This document shows positions 1 to 9,036 of a stretch of 64,000 nucleotides of DNA, one piece after another. Position 1 is the stretch's first letter, and each line of letters opens with the position of its first letter. This DNA comes from an uncultured Planctomycetia bacterium (GTDB lineage: Bacteria > Omnitrophota > Gorgyraeia > Tantalellales > Tantalellaceae): positions 331,587 to 395,586 of the forward strand of contig CAZNEE010000001.1 of NCBI GenBank assembly GCA_964572255.1, given 5' to 3'. Position numbers and translations under genes: made by a program. Under the pieces are notes generated by a model. The model searched no databases and was not told the origin of the DNA. It worked only from the letters and a program-made list of their open reading frames with translations.

Positions 1-115
1 CGCCATGAACATGATGGGTAAAATAGAAGCAGAATGGCGCCTTCCGCTTTGCGAGATGCAGGATGATAACAAGGCGAAGCTTAAGGATGTTCTATCAAAA
101 TATAAACTGATATAG
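1..115 (+). CDS. dapA: 4-hydroxy-tetrahydrodipicolinate synthase, 3' end only (truncated by window)
   Basis: Frame 2 reads AMNMMGKIEAEWRLPLCEM...KYKLI* (RLPL motif of the DapA C-terminus); directly upstream of dapB. Confidence 0.8.
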   Translation, partial: AMNMMGKIEAEWRLPLCEMQDDNKAKLKDVLSKYKLI

Positions 116-150
116 TTGTCGGGTCTGGTGGCCCGGAAAGGTAAGATAAT

Positions 151-870
151 ATGGTAAAAATAGGAATTAGCGGGATCGGCGGGAAAATGGGAAAGCGCAT
201 TGCCGATCTTGCGTCAAAGGATAAAAATATAGAGATCGCATCCGCCTTGGAAAGAGAGGGACATGCTTCTCTTGGTGAAGAAGTTTATGGTGTGAAGATC
301 GTTTCTGATCCGGTTGAAGCTTCAAAAGGCATAGAATGTTTAATAGATTTCACTCTGCCCGAGGCTACATTGGAACATATTGAAGCGTGTCTTAGGAACA
401 AAACACCTATGGTCATAGGCACTACCGGGCTCAGTCCGGAAGGCGAGAAGAAAATAGAAGAAGCCTCCAAAACGATACCGATAGTGTTTTCACCGAACAT
501 GGCGATAGGCGTTAACGTGCTTTTCAATATTGTGAGCGATGCTGCGCGCGCTTTAGGCGGAAAATTTAACATCAAAGTTGACGAAACGCACCATGTGCAT
601 AAAAAAGATTCGCCGAGCGGTACCGCTAAGATGATAGGGAAAGTTATTAAGGATGCGTCGGGAGTGGATGCGCCCATTGAAGCGTTCAGAGAAGGGGAAG
701 TTATCGGCAATCACGGGATAATCTTTGAAAGCGAATATGAAACATTGGAGATAAGACATGACGCAAAGAGCCGTGATGTGTTTGCTGCCGGGGCCCTTGA
801 AGCCGCTAAGTTCATTAGAGACAAGAAAAACGGTCTTTATAATATGGCTGATGTATTGGGGCTAAGATAG
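151..870 (+). CDS. dapB: 4-hydroxy-tetrahydrodipicolinate reductase
   Basis: GxxGKMG Rossmann motif, IDFT, VIGTTG, ETHHxHKKDSPSGTA. Confidence 0.97.
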   Translation: MVKIGISGIGGKMGKRIADLASKDKNIEIASALEREGHASLGEEVYGVKIVSDPVEASKGIECLIDFTLPEATLEHIEACLRNKTPMVIGTTGLSPEGEKKIEEASKTIPIVFSPNMAIGVNVLFNIVSDAARALGGKFNIKVDETHHVHKKDSPSGTAKMIGKVIKDASGVDAPIEAFREGEVIGNHGIIFESEYETLEIRHDAKSRDVFAAGALEAAKFIRDKKNGLYNMADVLGLR

Positions 871-885
871 AAAGGGAGAAACTAA

Positions 886-2055
886 ATGGATATTGATTTT
901 GCAGATCGTTTAAAAAAGTTACCGCCGTATTTATTTGAAGAGATAGACAAAGCGAAAAATAAAGCTATTGAAGAAGGCAGGCCAATAATTAATCTGGGCG
1001 TTGGTGATCCGGATACTCCCACTCCGGATTTTATTATAAAGAAGCTTAATGAAGCCAGTAAGGATCCGTCCACGCATAATTATCCTTTTAACAGTGGCAT
1101 AAAACCACTAAGGGACGAGATGGCCGCATGGTATAAGACCAGGTTCGGCGTCGATCTTGATCCCGATACTGAAATACTGCCGCTTTTAGGGTCCAAAGAA
1201 GGAATAGCGCATATTCCGCTTGCGTTTGTTAATCCGGAAGAGGAAGTCCTTATACCAGATCCGGGCTATCCGCCGTATAATTCCGGTTCTATCTTCGCGA
1301 GCAGCAAGGTCAACCTGATGCCGCTTTTAAAAGAGAAAGATTTCCTGCCTGATTTGGGGGCTATCGATAGAGGCGCGGCTAGTAGATCAAAACTCATGCA
1401 TATCAACTATCCCAATAATCCTACGGGAGCTACGTGTGATATTGCTTTTTACGAGGATGTGGTCAAGTTCGCGAAAAAACATAATATCATCGTGTGTTCC
1501 GACGCCGCTTATACTGAGATCAGTTATGATGGATATGATCCGCCAAGTTTTCTTCAGGTAAAGGGCGCAAAAGATGTCGGGATAGAGTTCCATTCTCTTT
1601 CAAAAACCTTTAATATGACCGGTTGGCGGGTAGGCATGGCTGTCGGTAATGCTAAAGTTATAGCGGGACTGGCAAAAGTAAAAGCGAATATCGATTCGGG
1701 CATTTTTACGGCGGTACAATATGCCGCCGTAGAAGCTTTAAAAAATGCGGAAAAGGTCAGAAGGGACCTCAATCGTCTTTATACGGAAAGACGAAATACG
1801 CTTATTGAAGGGCTCAAAAAAGCAGGATGGGATATTGCATCTCCCAAAGCTACATTTTATGTATGGGCGCCCGTATTCGGCAATTACGATTCCACATCTT
1901 TAGCTAAGGCTCTTCTGGATAAAGCAGACATTGTCGCGACTCCGGGTATCGGATTCGGAAAATACGGCGAAGGATACGTCCGGATGACACTAACTGTTAG
2001 TGCAGAAAAACTGCAGGAAGCCGCGGGCAGGATCAAAAAAGCGTTTTTTAGTTAA
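886..2055 (+). CDS. dapL: LL-diaminopimelate aminotransferase (class I/II PLP)
   Basis: LPPYLF, NYPNNPTG, SLSKTFNMTGWRVG; sits in the dap operon. Confidence 0.9.
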   Translation: MDIDFADRLKKLPPYLFEEIDKAKNKAIEEGRPIINLGVGDPDTPTPDFIIKKLNEASKDPSTHNYPFNSGIKPLRDEMAAWYKTRFGVDLDPDTEILPLLGSKEGIAHIPLAFVNPEEEVLIPDPGYPPYNSGSIFASSKVNLMPLLKEKDFLPDLGAIDRGAASRSKLMHINYPNNPTGATCDIAFYEDVVKFAKKHNIIVCSDAAYTEISYDGYDPPSFLQVKGAKDVGIEFHSLSKTFNMTGWRVGMAVGNAKVIAGLAKVKANIDSGIFTAVQYAAVEALKNAEKVRRDLNRLYTERRNTLIEGLKKAGWDIASPKATFYVWAPVFGNYDSTSLAKALLDKADIVATPGIGFGKYGEGYVRMTLTVSAEKLQEAAGRIKKAFFS

Positions 2056-2056
2056 A

Positions 2057-2545
2057 TTGAAGTCAATAGCATATCTCGGGATAGGATCTAATATAGGTAA
2101 AAGGGAAGAGAATCTTACGGAAGCTGTTTTGCGGGTAAATGCTGCGGACAGGATAAGCGTGATCCAAAGATCTTCTTACTACAAGACACTCCCGGTGGGC
2201 GGCCCGCCTCAAGAAGATTATTTAAACGGGGTTATAAAGGTGGAAACGGATCTCTCTCCGGATGAATGCTTAAGTGCTTTAAAACAAGTGGAGAAAGATA
2301 TGGGGAGAAAACCAGCGGGGAAGAACCATCCCCGGATCATTGACCTTGATATATTGCTTTATGAAGATACTGTAACGGATACAGAAACGCTTTCAATCCC
2401 TCACCCCAGAATGCATGAGAGATATTTTGTTTTAAGGGGGCTTGCAGAGATAGCTCCGGAAGTTATGCATCCGGTTTTAAAGAAGACAATGAAAGAATTG
2501 TATGAAACTTTGCGAGAAGATGCAGCTGATAGAAAAGATCAGTGA
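2057..2545 (+). CDS. folK: 2-amino-4-hydroxy-6-hydroxymethyldihydropteridine diphosphokinase
   Basis: AYLGIGSNIG, PRIIDLDILLY, IPHPRMHERYFVL; probable TTG start just after the dapL stop (track start 2000 overlaps dapL). Confidence 0.93.
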   Translation: MKSIAYLGIGSNIGKREENLTEAVLRVNAADRISVIQRSSYYKTLPVGGPPQEDYLNGVIKVETDLSPDECLSALKQVEKDMGRKPAGKNHPRIIDLDILLYEDTVTDTETLSIPHPRMHERYFVLRGLAEIAPEVMHPVLKKTMKELYETLREDAADRKDQ

Positions 2546-3383
2546 TATGAAAGAATATTCCCTCAAGGTGCGGAAAGAGGGGAAGACCATAGGCTTTGTG
2601 CCTACCATGGGGTATTTACATGAAGGCCATTTAAGTTTGATCAGGGCCGCACGGAAGGAATGCGATGCGGTAGTTGTAAGTATTTTTGTCAATCCCATGC
2701 AGTTCGGTCCAAAAGAGGATTTTAAAGAGTACCCGAGAGACCTCGAAAGGGATAAAGGTCTTGCGGGGGAAGCGGGAGCTGACATTGTTTTTTACCCTTC
2801 AAGTGAAGAGATGTACAGTGAAGGTTTCTCTACTTTCGTAAATGTTGAGGGGCGCTATACCGAAACTTTGTGCGCGTTTTCAAGGCCCGGACATTTCAAA
2901 GGAGTTGCTACCGTAGTTTTGAAACTTTTAAATATAGTCTCACCGGACGTGAGTTATTTCGGACAGAAAGATGCGCAGCAGGCAGCCGTTATCAAGAAAA
3001 TGATAAAAGATCTTAACATGGATACCGATATTCGTATCATGCCTATTGTCCGCGAGGATGACGGACTTGCCATGAGTTCACGAAATGTATATCTTTCTGA
3101 AGATGAAAGACGCCAGGCGCTTAACCTTTACAGGTCTTTGGAAAAGGCGAAGGAGATGGTTTGCGGGGGAGAGGCTTCATCCACTGCGATAAAAAGCGAA
3201 ATGAAGAGGATCATAGAGGAAGGAAAAGACTTAAAGATTGATTATATCGAAACAGTTGATGCGGATTCTTTAGAGCCGGTTGAAACAGTAAAAGAGAACA
3301 CCCTCATAGCCGTAGCGGTTTTTATCGGAAAAACGCGGCTTATCGATAATATAATAATAGGAGATATTAATGATAAGGGCTGA
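2520..3383 (+). CDS. panC: Pantoate--beta-alanine ligase
   Basis: GFVPTMGYLHEGH, SIFVNPMQF, FGQKDAQQ, AMSSRN, TRLIDN; start 2520 or 2502. Confidence 0.97.
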   Translation: MQLIEKISDMKEYSLKVRKEGKTIGFVPTMGYLHEGHLSLIRAARKECDAVVVSIFVNPMQFGPKEDFKEYPRDLERDKGLAGEAGADIVFYPSSEEMYSEGFSTFVNVEGRYTETLCAFSRPGHFKGVATVVLKLLNIVSPDVSYFGQKDAQQAAVIKKMIKDLNMDTDIRIMPIVREDDGLAMSSRNVYLSEDERRQALNLYRSLEKAKEMVCGGEASSTAIKSEMKRIIEEGKDLKIDYIETVDADSLEPVETVKENTLIAVAVFIGKTRLIDNIIIGDINDKG

Positions 3384-4320
3384 ATTTGATTCAAAATATA
3401 AAGAGCACCTGCAGAGGAAGATCGCTAATCTTAAAAAAGAAAAAAACGCGCTGATAGTTGCGCATAATTATCAGCGGGACGAAGTGCAGGAGATAGCGGA
3501 CATAACGGGAGACTCTTACGCGCTTGCCCGCAAAGTGACCGAAGCGAAAGAAAAGGTCATAGTCTTCTGCGGCGTGAAATTCATGGCGGAAAGCGCCGCC
3601 ATGTTAAGTCCGGATAAGACAGTATTACTTCCTGTTGAAGAAGCGGGTTGCCCGCTTGCGGATATGATAACTGTTGAAAAACTTAAAAAGAAAAAGGAGG
3701 AATATCCGGAAGCGGCGGTTGTCTGTTATGTGAATTCAACGGCTGCCGTTAAGGCCGAAAGCGACATATGCTGCACGTCTTCGAACGCGATCGATATCGT
3801 GAAGTCGCTCAAGGAAGAAAGAATAATTTTTGTCCCCGATAAAAACCTCGGTCGTTATGTCAGGGAACATGTTCCCGATAAAGAAATGATCCTCTGGGAC
3901 GGATATTGTGTCGTGCACATGCGCCTTACAAGAGAAGAAGTCGTTAAGACCAAAGAGTTGTACCCGAAGGCGGAGTTTATCGTGCATCCGGAATGCAGAA
4001 AGGAAGTCCTGGAACTGGCCGATTATATAGGCAGCACCGCCGGCATGATCAAATATGTCAAGGAATGCCCGAGCAAAGAGTTTATTATAGGCACCGAATT
4101 GGGGATAATCTACAAACTGCAGAGGGATAATCCTGATAAGAAATTCTATGTACCTACAGATCAGTTTATCTGCGCGAACATGAAACTCACGACTCTCGGA
4201 TGGGTCGCGCGGTCGCTCGAGAAAATGGTGTATAAGATCGAAGTCCCGGAAGATATTGCCGTTAAGGCCCGGAAAGCGCTGGAGAGAATGCTGGAAGTCA
4301 CTCAAAAGGCGAAGAAATAA
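3370..4320 (+). CDS. nadA: Quinolinate synthase
   Basis: AHNYQ, FCGVKFMAE, GCPLAD, YVNS, HPEC, CANMK (three Fe-S cysteines). Confidence 0.97.
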   Translation: MIRAEFDSKYKEHLQRKIANLKKEKNALIVAHNYQRDEVQEIADITGDSYALARKVTEAKEKVIVFCGVKFMAESAAMLSPDKTVLLPVEEAGCPLADMITVEKLKKKKEEYPEAAVVCYVNSTAAVKAESDICCTSSNAIDIVKSLKEERIIFVPDKNLGRYVREHVPDKEMILWDGYCVVHMRLTREEVVKTKELYPKAEFIVHPECRKEVLELADYIGSTAGMIKYVKECPSKEFIIGTELGIIYKLQRDNPDKKFYVPTDQFICANMKLTTLGWVARSLEKMVYKIEVPEDIAVKARKALERMLEVTQKAKK

Positions 4321-5132
4321 TGGATAAGAAGAAAATCGCGATAATAGGATGCGGGGTTATCGGTTCGACCCTTGCCAGAGAAGCGGATAAAAACTTTAAG
4401 GATTTTATAGGTAAGATCTTCCTTTGGGATATAGATGCCGATAAAGCCAAAGTTCTTTCGGGAGAGTTGTCCACTGCCCGGATCGTTAAAAATCTGGAAG
4501 AAGCAGTAGATTCAGCTGATCTTGTCATCGAGGCCGCGACGCCGAAAGTTGTGGGGGAACTCATGAAAGAGGCTGTAAATGCGGGCAAAGATATGATGAT
4601 AATGAGTATCGGCGGCGTGTTGGGACAAGAGGCGCTTCTTAATGAGGCGCGCGAAAAAGGAATAAGAGTAATGCTGCCTTCCGGCGCGATCTGCGGTATT
4701 GACGGGATCAAGGCGGCCAAAACAGCTGGGATAAAAAGCGTAACGCTTACCACGCGCAAGGCGCCGCGTTCCATTAAAGGTGCGCCGTATTTGGAAGAGA
4801 AGAGCATTGATGTTGATAAAATAAGCGGAAAAACTGTAGTGTTCGAAGGCCCTGCACGCGAAGCCGTTAAAGCCTTTCCGAAGAATGTGAATGTTTCGGC
4901 CATTCTTTCTCTGGCAGGGGTAGGGGCCGAGAAGACGACCGTAAAAATTGTGGTTTCACCTGAATATACGAAGAACATCCACGAAATTGAAGTTGTAGGC
5001 AACGCGGGTACGATAAATGTGAAAGTTGAAAACGTTCCTTCACCCAATAATCCGAAGACAAGTTATCTTGCCGCGCTCTCCGCGATCGCTACATTAAAAG
5101 AATATTTCAACACCATCCGCATCGGCACATAA
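4320..5132 (+). CDS. nadX: L-aspartate dehydrogenase (NadB alternative)
   Basis: GCGVIG, PSGAICGIDG, FPKNVNV, NPKTSYLAALS; coupled to nadA. Confidence 0.93.
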   Translation: MDKKKIAIIGCGVIGSTLAREADKNFKDFIGKIFLWDIDADKAKVLSGELSTARIVKNLEEAVDSADLVIEAATPKVVGELMKEAVNAGKDMMIMSIGGVLGQEALLNEAREKGIRVMLPSGAICGIDGIKAAKTAGIKSVTLTTRKAPRSIKGAPYLEEKSIDVDKISGKTVVFEGPAREAVKAFPKNVNVSAILSLAGVGAEKTTVKIVVSPEYTKNIHEIEVVGNAGTINVKVENVPSPNNPKTSYLAALSAIATLKEYFNTIRIGT

Positions 5133-5134
5133 TG

Positions 5135-5159
5135 GGGGACGCCCCATTCGGCGACACCC
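5135..5159 (+). repeat. REP-like repeat copy 1 (GGGGACGCCCCATTCGGCGACACCC)
   Basis: Immediately after the nadX stop and at the RAYT 3' end; AATGGGG-GACG-CCCCATT hairpin at 5131-5148; 24/25 identical to 53795-53819. Confidence 0.85.
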
Positions 5160-5171
5160 CACATAGCTAAA

Positions 5172-5762
5172 TTAAACTAATTTTCCCATATTTTTATCCA
5201 AAAGTTCTTCATATGGTCTAGGTTGGGTCACGTATTCCATATACATTTTTCTTCTTTTATTAGTTGTTCGTGCTAGATCAAAAAATAATGGGTTGGGTGT
5301 AATTATGGAATTTTTCTTTCCGTACGCGTAAAAATTATAACTTGACCATTGGTATTCGCTAAATTGTTTCACTATTTCAGCACGTACTGGATTTCTTTCA
5401 ATATATCTTGCACATTCCAATAAATATGAATTATTTTCCACTAATATGCTTTTATATCTGTTTTGGTATAGACTTCCACAATAATCATATTTTTTTCTAT
5501 GATGGAATTGAAATGATTGAAAGATTCCTTGAAAGATCTTAGGCATATCAGTTTTGCTTATAATTTGTATAAGCAAATGTACATGATTTGGCATCAGGCA
5601 ATAATTGTAAATATTGAAGAAATATCTCTTTTTATATCTTTTGATCAGTTTTAAGAAGTTGGCGTAATCATCATCATCTTTAAAAATAATATTTTTGTTA
5701 TTTCCCCTTTGTAGAATATGGCAGACTGCTCCATTATAAATTTTTCTTGATGAACGACTCAT
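5172..5762 (-). mobile_element. REP-associated tyrosine transposase (RAYT/TnpA-REP; Y1 HUH family)
   Basis: HILQRGNN..IF, YCLMPNHVHLL (HUH), YQNRY, RYIERNPVRA (catalytic Tyr), YQWSSY; markedly AT-rich versus neighbours; flanked by inverted repeats; no tnpB. Confidence 0.9.
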
Positions 5763-5880
5763 CTTGATCCCTCCTTTGTGATTTTCCCTGATACTCGATA
5801 CATATATAGACAGTAAAAAAGGGAATTTTCTTTCACTTTCAGGAAATTATTTTTTAATTTTTACTAGTTTTTTATTTGAA

Positions 5881-5905
5881 GGGTGTTATTAAGTGGGACG
5901 TCCCC
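5881..5905 (-). repeat. REP-like repeat copy 2 (revcomp GGGGACGTCCCACTTAATAACACCC)
   Basis: Inverted relative to copy 1, on the other side of the RAYT; 18/25 identical with all differences transitions; contains palindrome GGGACGTCCC. Confidence 0.75.
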
Positions 5906-5917
5906 GAGCATTACCTC

Positions 5918-5946
5918 TTGACATAACCTTCCCCGCGTGTTACTTT
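5918..5946 (+). promoter_or_regulatory. Putative sigma70 promoter for the Na/Pi cotransporter
   Basis: TTGACA-17 bp-TACTTT with TG extended -10. Confidence 0.55.
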
Positions 5947-6001
5947 ATCACTGACTTAACAAGATCCCACCATAAACTTGACAAGGAAAGACAATTAATA
6001 T

Positions 6002-7690
6002 ATGGCAAAAGAGTTAGTGTTCATGCTTTTAGGAGGACTCGGGTTTTTCTTCTTCGGCATGCAGATCATGTCCGACGGGCTGAAAAAAATAGCCGGTGAA
6101 AGACTTAAAAATATCCTTCACGTTGTCACTAAACTTCCCATTTTAGGCGTGTTGATCGGGGCCGCGATCACTTGTCTTATCCAGTCTTCCAGCGCTACTA
6201 CTGTAATGGTGGTCGGGTTCGTGAACGCGGGCTTATTGGCCCTTAAACAGGCTATAGGCGTTGTGATGGGAGCCAATATCGGGACGACTTTTACGGCATG
6301 GCTGGTTTCATCGATGGCCGTTTTTAAGATCACTCACTACGCTCTTCCTGCAGTTGGAATAGGATTTGCCGTCAAGACGTTCGGCAAAAGCAAAAATACC
6401 AGGTTTTGGGGACAGGTCCTTATGGGGTTCGGTATTCTTTTTATCGGTTTAGGTTTCATGAAAGATGCCTTCGACCCATTAAAGAAAAGCCAGTATGTAA
6501 AGGATATTTTTGCCACATTCAGCTACAATCCTCTTCTTGGCGTTTTGGTCGGAACCCTTTTTACGATACTTCTTCAGAGCTCTTCAGCGACTATTGCGAT
6601 CGTACAGGTTCTAGCGTTCAATGGCGTTATAAGTTTTCCCGCGGCGATACCTCTTATACTCGGCGACAATATAGGAACGACTATTACTGCTCAGCTGGCA
6701 TCTATGGGAGCGAATCTCAATGCCAGAAGGGCGGCCATGTCTCATACATTATTTAACGTCCTGGGCGTGGCTTATATGCTCTTTTTTGTCTACACGGGCT
6801 GGTTTGAAAGGGCCATCGAGTTCGTCATTCCCGGCGGGATAACTACAAAAAATATAATGTTCTATATAGCTGTTGCTCACAGTTCTTTCAACGTATTTAA
6901 TACCCTTGTTTTTCTTCCTTTAGTGGGGCTGCTTGAGAAAATGAGCATCACGCTCGTGCCGAAGAAGAAAGACGCCATAGAACCGGGGCCGCAGTATCTT
7001 GAAAAACATCTTTTAAATACGCCTCCGATCGCCATGGAACAAGCCAGAAATGAAGCAGTTTACATGATGAGCCTTGCCAATAAGTCCGTTACTGCTTCTG
7101 TCAGGAGTTTTCTTGAAGGAGACCTGAGCAATGTGAAGAAGATACCGAAATACGAAAACGCGATCGACAACCTTCAATCCGCGATAACTCAATACCTCAT
7201 AGAATTATCTCAAAGAACTCTTTCCGAAGAAGAGTCTGAAGAACTTCCGGTACTTATACATAACGTGAACGATATCGAAAGAATAGGCGACCATGCCGAA
7301 AACATACTTGAACTCGGTGAGCGTAAAACAGAACAGAAACTCACATTTTCCGATGAAGCCTTACACGATCTGACGCTGATGTGGAACGAGCTCAAGAGCA
7401 TGCTGGTAGAGACAGAAGCGGCCTTAAAAAACAATGATTCCAATTCTGCCAGAAAAGTACTTGAAAGAGAAGAGAAGATCAATACATTTCAGGAGAACCT
7501 GAAAGGCAATCATGTGGACAGGTTGTATAAAGGAGCGTGCGATCTTAAGTCAGGCGTTGTCTTTATAGATTTCGTGGATAACATTGAAAAAATAGGCGAC
7601 CATCTCACCAATATCGCTCAAGGTATAATAGGCGGCATGCGGTGGATAAACAAAGCACATCTTGATCTGGAGGAAGAAAAAGTCGCATAA
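6002..7690 (+). CDS. Na+/Pi cotransporter family protein with C-terminal PhoU domains
   Basis: Duplicated QSSSAT and GANIGTT/GDNIGTT repeats; two ERIGDH/EKIGDH PhoU motifs. Confidence 0.93.
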   Translation: MAKELVFMLLGGLGFFFFGMQIMSDGLKKIAGERLKNILHVVTKLPILGVLIGAAITCLIQSSSATTVMVVGFVNAGLLALKQAIGVVMGANIGTTFTAWLVSSMAVFKITHYALPAVGIGFAVKTFGKSKNTRFWGQVLMGFGILFIGLGFMKDAFDPLKKSQYVKDIFATFSYNPLLGVLVGTLFTILLQSSSATIAIVQVLAFNGVISFPAAIPLILGDNIGTTITAQLASMGANLNARRAAMSHTLFNVLGVAYMLFFVYTGWFERAIEFVIPGGITTKNIMFYIAVAHSSFNVFNTLVFLPLVGLLEKMSITLVPKKKDAIEPGPQYLEKHLLNTPPIAMEQARNEAVYMMSLANKSVTASVRSFLEGDLSNVKKIPKYENAIDNLQSAITQYLIELSQRTLSEEESEELPVLIHNVNDIERIGDHAENILELGERKTEQKLTFSDEALHDLTLMWNELKSMLVETEAALKNNDSNSARKVLEREEKINTFQENLKGNHVDRLYKGACDLKSGVVFIDFVDNIEKIGDHLTNIAQGIIGGMRWINKAHLDLEEEKVA

Positions 7691-7706
7691 AGCACCTGCA
7701 AACTCC

Positions 7707-7735
7707 TTGACAAATCATACCCCCTTTAGTATTAT
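7707..7735 (+). promoter_or_regulatory. Putative sigma70 promoter for guaB3-dnaE
   Basis: TTGACA-17 bp-TATTAT. Confidence 0.65.
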
Positions 7736-7754
7736 AAATACACTAAATTAATAT

Positions 7755-7797
7755 ATATAGGCCAGTTCTTAAGAATTTCTTGGGAACTGGCCTATAT
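7755..7797 (+). other. 20-bp stem-loop in the guaB3 5' leader
   Basis: ATATAGGCCAGTTCTTAAGA / TCTTGGGAACTGGCCTATAT (2 G:U), between the promoter and SD AGGAGG; no U-tract. Confidence 0.7.
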
Positions 7798-7819
7798 TAA
7801 ATAATAGTAGGAGGAAAAA

Positions 7820-8983
7820 ATGGGAATGTGGGTAGGAATAGGCCGCAAGGCAAGACGCAGTTACGGTTTTGACGAAGTTTCTTTGGTCCCTGGGAACCTT
7901 ACGGTAAATCCTAATGATGTGGATACCGCTTGCGAGATCGGTGGCATTAAATTCCAGGTGCCCATAATGGCTTCATCCATGGACGGCGTGGTCGATGTAA
8001 ATTTTGCTATCGCGATGGGCAAACTCGGAGGTATCGCCGTTCTTCACCTTGAAGGAGTTTCCACCCGTTATGAGAATCCTGAAGAAGCGGTGGAGAGGAT
8101 CATAAATTGCGATATAAACGAATCAACAAAAGTCATCCAGGATGTATATTCCAGACCGATCAAAAAAGAACTCATAGAGAAAAGGGTCAAAGAAATAAAG
8201 AAAGCGAAAGTGCCGGCGATCGTAAGCTGCAACCCGCAGGTTGCGGATAAGTTCGGTCCTATCGCCCGTGATGCGGGATGCGATATCTTCATTGTCCAGT
8301 CCACGGTCATCAGCGTTGAACACCAATCAAGCAGATACAAACCGCTTGACCTCTACAAGTTCTGTAAGGAGATGAAAATACCCGTTCTTTACGGGAATTG
8401 CGTGAATTATAAAGTTGCGATAGCTCTCATGGAAACAGGATGTCAGGGCGTATTTGTGGGGATAGGCCCCGGTACCGCATGCACTTCCCGGGGTGTTCTC
8501 GGAATAGGCGTACCGCAGATCACCGCTACATGCGATTGCGCAGCGGCAAGAGATTCTTATTATAAAAAGACGGGCAGATATGTGCCTATTTTTACCGACG
8601 GCGGCATGGCGACCGGCGGTGATATATGTAAAGCCTTTGCTGCCGGAGCGGATGCGGTCATGCTTGGAAATGCTTTCGCCCGTTCGGAGGAAGCGCCCGG
8701 TAAAGGGTATCACTGGGGAATGGCTATGCCTCATCCTTTACTTCCGAGAGGAACAAGAATAAAAGTCGGAACTACAGGGACGCTCGAGCAGATCCTGTAC
8801 GGACCCGCGACACAAGATGACGGCACGCAGAACCTGATGGGAGCATTGGCGACAAGTATGGGAAATCTCGGAGCGCACGATATCAGAGAGATGCAGCTTG
8901 TGGATATGATCATCGCTCCTTCGATACAAACTGAAGGCAAAGTTTATCAGTCCGCGCAACGCGTAGGCATGCGTAAAAGATAA
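7820..8983 (+). CDS. guaB3: GuaB3-family IMP dehydrogenase-related protein
   Basis: GRKARRSYGFDEVSLVPG, GIGPGTACTSRGVLGIG, WGMAMPHPLLPRGTRI; no CBS domains. Confidence 0.9.
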   Translation: MGMWVGIGRKARRSYGFDEVSLVPGNLTVNPNDVDTACEIGGIKFQVPIMASSMDGVVDVNFAIAMGKLGGIAVLHLEGVSTRYENPEEAVERIINCDINESTKVIQDVYSRPIKKELIEKRVKEIKKAKVPAIVSCNPQVADKFGPIARDAGCDIFIVQSTVISVEHQSSRYKPLDLYKFCKEMKIPVLYGNCVNYKVAIALMETGCQGVFVGIGPGTACTSRGVLGIGVPQITATCDCAAARDSYYKKTGRYVPIFTDGGMATGGDICKAFAAGADAVMLGNAFARSEEAPGKGYHWGMAMPHPLLPRGTRIKVGTTGTLEQILYGPATQDDGTQNLMGALATSMGNLGAHDIREMQLVDMIIAPSIQTEGKVYQSAQRVGMRKR

Positions 8984-9036
8984 AAGGGCGCGTTACTTTC
9001 TTTCAAGTAATTGACTTCATAAAACTACACTAAGTT

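Noticed and set aside
5172-5762. IS200/IS605 element with TnpB
   Set aside because: No tnpB; the length and motifs (QRGNN, YIERNP, WSSY) plus inverted flanking repeats fit a RAYT better
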